DNA of 64,000 nt. Origin: Bryobacterales bacterium. Its GTDB lineage: Bacteria > Acidobacteriota > Terriglobia > Bryobacterales > UBA6623. This document shows positions 58,106 to 64,000 of this stretch, piece by piece; positions within the stretch are counted from its first letter, which is position 1, and each line of letters starts with the position of its first letter. The stretch lies in contig CBDBHC010000002.1 in assembly GCA_965205445.1 (NCBI GenBank), forward strand, positions 306,463 through 370,462, given 5' to 3'. The notes beneath the pieces are model-generated. The model did no database searches and had not been told where the DNA came from. It was given only the letters and a program-made list of their open reading frames with translations. Made by a program: the position numbers and the translations under genes.

Positions 58106-58795
58106 TTAGCGCCAGTCGAACCGATTGGCAATCTCCAGGACGCCGCCCTCCCCGATAATCTGCCCGTCTGCAAAGAAGACCGCCCTGTCAGCTAGGGCTT
58201 CCGCGAGGGCGACTTCGTGTGTGACCACTACTTTCGCCTGTGGCAGGGATTTTAGGGTTTCGACCAATACATTTCTCCCTGGCGGGTCTAGGAACGTCGC
58301 AGGTTCGTCGAGCAGGAGGATTTCCGGTTCCACCGCGAGGATCCCGGCCAGCGCTGCGCGACGGCGTTCGCCAGCGCTGAGACGGTGGGGTGGCCTCGTG
58401 CGCTCCCCGTTGAGCCCTACCAGGGCCAGGGCGCGGTCCACCCGCGCTCGCACAAGTTCCGCGTCCAGGCCCATGTTGAGGGGGCCGAACGCGACGTCCT
58501 CCTCGATCGTCGGCATGAAGATCTGGTCGTCGGAGTCCTGGAACAGCATCCCGACTCGTCGGCGCACCTCGGTGAGGCTGGAAGCGTTGACCCGCATGCC
58601 GCAGACATCGACCGTGCCCTCACCCTGGAGAAGCCCGACCAAGTGGCTCAGAAACGTGGTCTTGCCGGAGCCATTGGCCCCGAAGACAGCCACGGTCTCG
58701 TCGCGCCGTAAGGCGAAGCTCACGTCCCGGAGGGCCTGGACGCCGTCTGGATAGCGGAATGTCAGGTTCCGCACTTCGATGAGCAGGTCGCTCAC
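58106..58795 (-). CDS. ABC-type ATP-binding protein, ECF/cobalt (CbiO/EcfA)-like, with no adjacent transmembrane partners
   Basis: The Walker A is 'GANGSGKTT', the signature motif is 'LSAGERRRAALAG' and the Walker B is 'LLLDEP'. The N-terminal 'IEVRNLTFRYPDG' is typical of EcfA/CbiO. The start codon is GTG. Confidence 0.87.
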   Translation of the reverse strand: MSDLLIEVRNLTFRYPDGVQALRDVSFALRRDETVAVFGANGSGKTTFLSHLVGLLQGEGTVDVCGMRVNASSLTEVRRRVGMLFQDSDDQIFMPTIEEDVAFGPLNMGLDAELVRARVDRALALVGLNGERTRPPHRLSAGERRRAALAGILAVEPEILLLDEPATFLDPPGRNVLVETLKSLPQAKVVVTHEVALAEALADRAVFFADGQIIGEGGVLEIANRFDWR

Positions 58796-59154
58796 GTCAT
58801 GCCCATTGTATGGAGTTCGACTGCCAATCGGTGAGTTCCGCGAAATGACCGATTGCAGGCGGTGCTGGAGCTTCAGTTGGCATGCTAGCCCCCAGGACTT
58901 CCCGGCAGGCTCTCAGCGAAGCGTCCATGACCGCTTCAGCGTGCCCAGTCTCTGCGACCGGACAGCGAATTCCGGTGGCCAGAAGCTGTGATAGGCTTCG
59001 CGTAAAGGGAGTCCAACACCGAATCGCCCATTCGCCTCGCCGTGCGGGCGGGGAAGGGTTGGACAGGGGACTCGCGAAAGCCGATGGGAAGGCTCGCGGG
59101 TGCCGGAAGCTCTGTAGAGTCAGGGTGGCTGGGTAACGCGGCTGGATCGATCAG

Positions 59155-61653
59155 ATGACCGCACCGGTGGCACGCTGGCGGCGGGGAGCCGCCGAGCTGG
59201 GCCTTGATTTGCGGTGGGCCGCGCGGCTGCTCCGGACACGTCCGGCTTTCGCAGCTGGGGCAGTCGTGACGCTTGCACTCGGGATCGGGGCGACGACCGT
59301 CGTGTTCAGCGTGAGCTATGCACTGTTTCTCCGGCCTCTCGGCTACCACCATGCCGACCGTCTCGTCTCCGTCCAATGCCGGAGCATCTTGCAGGAGGTT
59401 CCGAATGCTCGAGCGTCAGCCGGCGCGCTGGCCGAGTGGCAAGATGCCGCCAGGTCGTTCGAGTCGCTCGCAGGCTACCGCTGGACGACTGCGGACCTCC
59501 CCGGCTCCGGATCGGGCGCACGAATGACACGGCTCAAGGGCCTCGCGGTGACACCGGAGTTCTTTGACGTGTTCGGCATCTCCGTGCACGGACGCACCTT
59601 CCGTCCCGAGGACCGGGGCGACCGCGTCTTGGTGCTGAGCGACCGCGTCTGGCGACACCTGCTTGATGCGGACGAGTCGACGATCGGGGGCACGGTCGAC
59701 ATCTCCATACGCAACTTCGACCGCGTCGGCCCCACCCGTCACACGATCCTCGGTGTGGCGGCGACGCCAGTAAGGTTTCCGCCCCTGACCGGCGGCTTCC
59801 ACCTCGACGTTGCGAGCGTCATCGATACCGTCGACTTCTGGGAGCCGCGATTTGTTTCGCCGTCCGAGGAACGGGAGGGTCGCTGGTACGACGTAGTCGG
59901 GCGCCTCCGTCCCGGCCTGACTGTCGCGGAGGCCCAGTCGGAAATGGAGGCAATCGTGCGGCGACAGGCCGAGCAATTCCCCGACACCGACGGTGGCTGG
60001 GACGTCCGGGTACTTGCACTGCGGGATCGCGTCGTCGGCGAGAGATCCCGCGGGGTCTGGCTCCTGGGATTCGGAACGGGGCTGCTGCTGCTCATCGCAT
60101 GCGCAAATGTCGCCACACTGCTCATCGCGCGCGGGACGGCCCGTCGAGGCGAGGTCGTGGTCCGGGGCGCCCTTGGAGCCCCGCGCTGGCGAATCGTCCG
60201 GCAGTTCCTGACCGAAGCTGCCGTGATTGCGTCGCTGGCCGGCGCTCTGGGAATTGTCTTGGCCGTCTGTACCATCGCGCTCGGCAGGCCTTGGTTTCCA
60301 GCGAGCCTACCGCTGCTGCAGACGATCGAGGTGAACCTCACGGTTGCCATGTTCGCCGTGCTCTGCGCAGGGTTTTCCGCTTGTGCCTCCGGGATCGTTC
60401 CGGCGTTCCGCAACGCAGACGCCGTTGGCTTGAGCCAAGCCGGAGGGGAAGGACGCACGATCACGGCCCATCGTGGCCAGAGGCGGCTCACTAGCACGCT
60501 CCTCGCGACCGAAGTCGCGCTAACGCTGGTCCTGTTCGTTAGCACGGTGCTGCTGACAAGCAGTGCGATTCGCGTGTTTCAGGTTGACCCGGGCTTCAAT
60601 CCGAGCCGGCTGCTGACAATGACCACCTCGCTCCCGGAGAACAAATTCGCTTGGAATCGCAACGCAGCGTTCGCCAGCGACGTCATCGATGCCGTCCGGT
60701 CGCTCCCTTCGGTAACGCAGGCGGCGGTCGTGCAGGGGCTCCCGATGGGGAGCGGCGGCTTCTACGATTCGGGAGAGGTGGAAGGCTACGTCCCGCCGAC
60801 TCCGGCCGAGGCACCGGTCTGGCGGCTGCGTGTCGTCAGCCCCGAGTATTTCGACGTAATGCAGATTCCGGTCGTCGCCGGCCGCACGCTGGAACCGCAG
60901 GACGGCCAAGGTGAGATCGGTCGGCCGCGGGTCGCGGTCGTAAGCCGATCGTTCGCGGAACGGTTCTGGCCCGGTCAGGACCCGATCGGCAAGCACATCG
61001 GACCAAGGGGGGTCTGGCGCCCAGTAGTCGGCGTTGTGGGCGATGTGCGCTACTCCGGTCTCGAGACAGACCCGACCGTGGATGTTTACCTGCCGCAGCG
61101 GCTGTTCCCCCAGGCGGCGATCACACTGGTGGCACGCACGACAACCGATCCACTGGATGCAGTCTCCGAGGTGCGTGCGGCGGTTCGTGGAATCGACGCC
61201 GAAGCCTTCATCAATGACGTCCGAACAATGGGACAAGTGGTCTCGGGGTCGCAGGCCGAAAGGCGTGCTACCGCGCTCCTCGTGACCGCGTTCGGGGTGC
61301 TCGCATTGGTGCTCGCAATCGCTGGCATTTGCAGCATGGTCTCGCAAGCGGTTGTCCGGCAGCGACGGGAAATGGCGGTCCGTGCAGCGCTCGGAGCGAA
61401 CCCACTTCGCATCCTGGGGCTCCAGATGCGAACTGTCCTGCAACCGGTCCTGATCGGCCTGGGACTCGGAATAGCCGGCGCGCTGGCGGCGGCGCGACTG
61501 CTGGAGTCGTCGCTGTTCGGTATCGAATCGACGGACGTGCTGTCTTGGTCGGTCGCCTGTGGGATCGTCATCGCCGGGTGCGTTGGCGCCAGTTACCTGC
61601 CGGCGCGGCAGGCTGTCAACGCCGATCCGGTGACCGGTCTCAAATCCGAGTAG
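59155..61653 (+). CDS. ADOP-family duplicated FtsX/MacB-type ABC permease
   Basis: The product is 832 aa with two MacB_PCD + FtsX halves. The N-terminal 'DLRWAARLLRTRPAFAAGAVVTLALGIGATTVVFSV' and the repeated 'LLIACANVATLLIARG' / 'RRREMAVRAALGA' blocks match the Acidobacterial duplicated orphan permease pattern as I recall it. Confidence 0.87.
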   Translation: MTAPVARWRRGAAELGLDLRWAARLLRTRPAFAAGAVVTLALGIGATTVVFSVSYALFLRPLGYHHADRLVSVQCRSILQEVPNARASAGALAEWQDAARSFESLAGYRWTTADLPGSGSGARMTRLKGLAVTPEFFDVFGISVHGRTFRPEDRGDRVLVLSDRVWRHLLDADESTIGGTVDISIRNFDRVGPTRHTILGVAATPVRFPPLTGGFHLDVASVIDTVDFWEPRFVSPSEEREGRWYDVVGRLRPGLTVAEAQSEMEAIVRRQAEQFPDTDGGWDVRVLALRDRVVGERSRGVWLLGFGTGLLLLIACANVATLLIARGTARRGEVVVRGALGAPRWRIVRQFLTEAAVIASLAGALGIVLAVCTIALGRPWFPASLPLLQTIEVNLTVAMFAVLCAGFSACASGIVPAFRNADAVGLSQAGGEGRTITAHRGQRRLTSTLLATEVALTLVLFVSTVLLTSSAIRVFQVDPGFNPSRLLTMTTSLPENKFAWNRNAAFASDVIDAVRSLPSVTQAAVVQGLPMGSGGFYDSGEVEGYVPPTPAEAPVWRLRVVSPEYFDVMQIPVVAGRTLEPQDGQGEIGRPRVAVVSRSFAERFWPGQDPIGKHIGPRGVWRPVVGVVGDVRYSGLETDPTVDVYLPQRLFPQAAITLVARTTTDPLDAVSEVRAAVRGIDAEAFINDVRTMGQVVSGSQAERRATALLVTAFGVLALVLAIAGICSMVSQAVVRQRREMAVRAALGANPLRILGLQMRTVLQPVLIGLGLGIAGALAAARLLESSLFGIESTDVLSWSVACGIVIAGCVGASYLPARQAVNADPVTGLKSE

Positions 61654-62026
61654 GTACCGCGGGCAGCGGTTTCAGGAAGACCGCACGGTATCGCGCCCCG
61701 CCAGACTGAATCCCAGCGGATCGCTCTTTCCCGGGCTTGCGCTCGGCGCCTTGGCCATGCTCGTGGAGCGGCTGTCGTGCTGCAGCCCGGCCCCTTCCGG
61801 TTCGGAACGTTACAAGCGTTGTCCTCGCGTGCCCAACGTAGTTCGCGTGGAGGCCTGTGCCAGCCGTCGCTGAAGTGCCTCTGGGACCGTCTCTTGCTTC
61901 CAGATGCGGAGCCCAGCCCGCACTCCCCACGTTTCGGGGCAAGCCTTTCCTTCGCGTTCACCGAAACCCGTCGCCGGAAATCTCTTGCTGCGGCCGGCAA
62001 TAAAGGGGCAACGCCAGTCCGTTAGA

Positions 62027-63571
62027 ATGCACTCTGTGACGCGCTTGCTCGCAACGACTGCCCTTCTGTTCGCCTCGACGGTGGCTGCCGCTTCCGACAA
62101 GCCGAACATCCTCTTCGTCTTCACCGATGATCACGCCTACCAGGCGATCAGCGCCTACGGTTCGATGATCAATCACACTCCGAACATCGACCTGATCGCA
62201 CGCGAAGGCATGCGGTTCGACCGGGCGCTCGTGACAAATTCCATCTGTGCGCCCAGCCGCGCGGTGATTCTCACGGGGAAGTACAGCCATCTCAACGGCG
62301 TGCTTGACAACCGGCTCCGGTTCGACGGCTCCCAGCAGACCTTCCCCAAGCTCCTCCAGGCCGCCGGATACCAGACGGCGATCTTCGGCAAGTGGCACCT
62401 CAAGACGGCTCCCACCGGCTTCGACGCCTGGGAGGTGCTGCCAGGGCAGGGGGCCTATTACAACCCCGACATGCGGATTGGCCCCGACGACACCCGGCGC
62501 CGGCACGAAGGCTATACCACGGACCTCATCACGGACCTGTCGCTGGACTGGCTGAGGAACCGGCGAGACCCGGACAAGCCCTTCATGCTGATGAGCCAGC
62601 ACAAGGCGCCGCATCGAAACTGGATGCCGGGCCCGGAGCACCTCACCCTATACGACGGCCAGCACATCTGGGAGCCGCCGACGCTGTTCGATGACTACTC
62701 GGGGAGGGCCTCGCCGGCAGCGCGGAACCGTATGGAGATCGGGCGGCACATGGTGTCGGCTCACGATCTGAAGATCAACCCGCCTCCGGACACGCCTGAG
62801 GGTGATCGCGCGCTGCGGCAATGGATGAATAGCTACGGACGGCTTAACCCGGCCCAAAAAGCGGTCTGGGACGCCGTCTACGGGCCCAAGAACACGGCGT
62901 TTCTCGAGGCAAACCTGCAGGGCAAGGAGCTGATTCGCTGGAAATACCAGCGCTACATCAAGGACTATCTGCGATGCATCGCCTCGGTCGACGACAACAT
63001 CGGGCGCCTGCTGCGGTATCTCGACGAGACCGGGCTGGCCGAGAACACGGTCTTTGTCTACAGTTCTGACCAGGGCTTCTATCTCGGCGAGCACGGTTGG
63101 TTCGACAAGCGCTGGATGTACCGGGAGTCGCTGCGCACGCCCCTGGTGGTGCGGTGGCCGGGAACTGTCGAACCGGGATCGACCAATCGCGACCTGGTGT
63201 CGAACCTTGACTACGCCGAGACGTTCCTGGAAATCGCCGGCGTCGAAGTGCCACCTGACATGCAAGGGCGCAGCCTGGTTCCGATCCTGAAGGGAGAGAC
63301 GCCGCGCAACTGGCGCAAGTCGTTCTACTACCACTACTACGAGAGCCAGGTCGCTCACGGAGTGCCTGCGCACGAAGGCGTGCGCACGGATCGGTACAAG
63401 CTGATCCGCTTCTACGAAAGTGACGAGTGGGAGCTCTACGACACGGAGCGCAATCCGGAGGAAACGCTGAGCGTATATGGACAGCCGGGCACGGAAGCGG
63501 TCACTGCCGAACTGATGGCGGAACTCAAGCGTCTACGGAAAATGTACGGCGTCACGGAGCCGGCCCTGTAG
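62027..63571 (+). CDS. Cys-type sulfatase (N-sulfoglucosamine / GlcNAc-6-sulfatase-like)
   Basis: The signal peptide is '[18 protein letters not shown]'. '[20 protein letters not shown]', the FGly motif '[18 protein letters not shown]', 'TAIFGKWHL' and '[15 protein letters not shown]' are present. Confidence 0.9.
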   Translation: MHSVTRLLATTALLFASTVAAASDKPNILFVFTDDHAYQAISAYGSMINHTPNIDLIAREGMRFDRALVTNSICAPSRAVILTGKYSHLNGVLDNRLRFDGSQQTFPKLLQAAGYQTAIFGKWHLKTAPTGFDAWEVLPGQGAYYNPDMRIGPDDTRRRHEGYTTDLITDLSLDWLRNRRDPDKPFMLMSQHKAPHRNWMPGPEHLTLYDGQHIWEPPTLFDDYSGRASPAARNRMEIGRHMVSAHDLKINPPPDTPEGDRALRQWMNSYGRLNPAQKAVWDAVYGPKNTAFLEANLQGKELIRWKYQRYIKDYLRCIASVDDNIGRLLRYLDETGLAENTVFVYSSDQGFYLGEHGWFDKRWMYRESLRTPLVVRWPGTVEPGSTNRDLVSNLDYAETFLEIAGVEVPPDMQGRSLVPILKGETPRNWRKSFYYHYYESQVAHGVPAHEGVRTDRYKLIRFYESDEWELYDTERNPEETLSVYGQPGTEAVTAELMAELKRLRKMYGVTEPAL

Positions 63572-64000
63572 CCGCGTTCGCGCAGGCCCTCGACTCGTGC
63601 CCGGTGTAGCGGCCACTGCGAGCCATTGTCGTTCGCTCTCCGGCGTCTGGTTGGTCGGGCCGACGAACAGCATCGGGCGCCAAGACTTCGCGGGTCGGAC
63701 TTGGCAGGCACGCGGAATCCGAGGAATGCATTGCCCAGCGGCTGGATGAAGTGGATGCCGCGGACGGACTTGCATGTCAGGCGGTCATCATTGGCAATGA
63801 ACAGATCGATGCCGGCCGAGGCCGCGCAAGCCAGCTGAATTGCGTCGGGAGGCCGAATCGACCGGACTTGCTGGATTTCCGCATAGTGCGATGCTGCATC
63901 GATGTCGAACGGCAGCACCGTCGCGCCCGTGCTGAGAGCCTGCTCCCAGCGTCCTCGATCAAGTAGAAAAATAGGCTTGTATCCCGGAACACCCGAGTCA
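63436..64000 (-). CDS. PIN-domain (VapC-like) protein; the 5' end lies outside the window and there is an unusually long Arg-rich C-terminal extension
   Basis: The frame is open to the window edge. '[14 protein letters not shown]' and '[25 protein letters not shown]' resemble the distal PIN motifs. The ORF then continues about 85 aa and overlaps the convergent sulfatase 3' end by 136 nt. Confidence 0.55.
   Translation of the reverse strand, partial: DSGVPGYKPIFLLDRGRWEQALSTGATVLPFDIDAASHYAEIQQVRSIRPPDAIQLACAASAGIDLFIANDDRLTCKSVRGIHFIQPLGNAFLGFRVPAKSDPRSLGARCCSSARPTRRRRANDNGSQWPLHRARVEGLRERGYRAGSVTPYIFRRRLSSAISSAVTASVPGCPYTLSVSSGLRSVS

Noticed and set aside
58960-59110. Cobalamin-riboswitch-like fragments ('TTCCGGTGGCCAGAAGCTG', 'AAAGGGAGTCC') between the CbiO-like ATPase and the ADOP permease.
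   Set aside because: The conserved B12 box (..AGYCMGGAGACCKGCC..) and the 'GCCCCCGCAACTGT'-type core are absent on both strands. The resemblance is limited to short GC-rich words.

Overview
This is a 64-kb window of a high-G+C bacterial chromosome (about mid-60s % by eye, not computed). All calls come from reading the supplied translations and the DNA; no database search was possible. An Acidobacteriota-like origin is inferred from the gene content: an ADOP-type duplicated FtsX permease, TonB-dependent receptors with carboxypeptidase-regulatory-like N-termini, several Cys-type sulfatases, and a MoxR/DUF58/BatA/DUF4159 operon.

Layout:
- 1-0.7 kb: 3' part of an rpoD-like sigma factor gene.
- 0.76-14.7 kb: a tightly coupled 9-gene MoxR-DUF58-BatA/VWA-DUF4159 operon. 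It also carries a C13/caspase-like protein lacking the catalytic Cys, a TPR-HEXXH peptidase and a 1.2-kaa Q/E/R-rich membrane-anchored coiled-coil protein.
- 15.1-18.8 kb: HDAC-family deacetylase and a two-component system.
- 19.9-25.7 kb: two small outer-membrane beta-barrel proteins, a Spy/CpxP-like protein and a TonB receptor.
- 25.7-33.2 kb: an accessory, visibly lower-G+C island.
- 33.7-47.3 kb: core genes purH, carB, carA, lepB, a second TonB receptor, an aldo/keto reductase, a DUF151 nuclease and miaB.
- 47.4-51.3 kb: a membrane-anchored CobN-like protein.
- 51.5-63.6 kb: a GH3 / three-sulfatase cluster with a DUF4143 ATPase, an orphan CbiO-like ATPase and an ADOP permease.
- 63.4-64.0 kb: a PIN-domain gene running off the window.

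The most interesting part is the island. It holds an AEP primase-polymerase fused to an SF2 DECH helicase, transcribed divergently from a 324-codon frame split by one in-frame TGA. Next to these lies a diverged tandem duplication (period 2015 bp) of an overlapping two-gene module. That module is an unrecognised Cys/Trp-rich ~200-aa protein followed by an AbiEii/MenT-like nucleotidyltransferase with a C-terminal pentapeptide-repeat domain. I consider this module the best candidate for an undescribed toxin-antitoxin or defence-type system.

No rRNA, tRNA, CRISPR array or intact transposase/integrase was seen.
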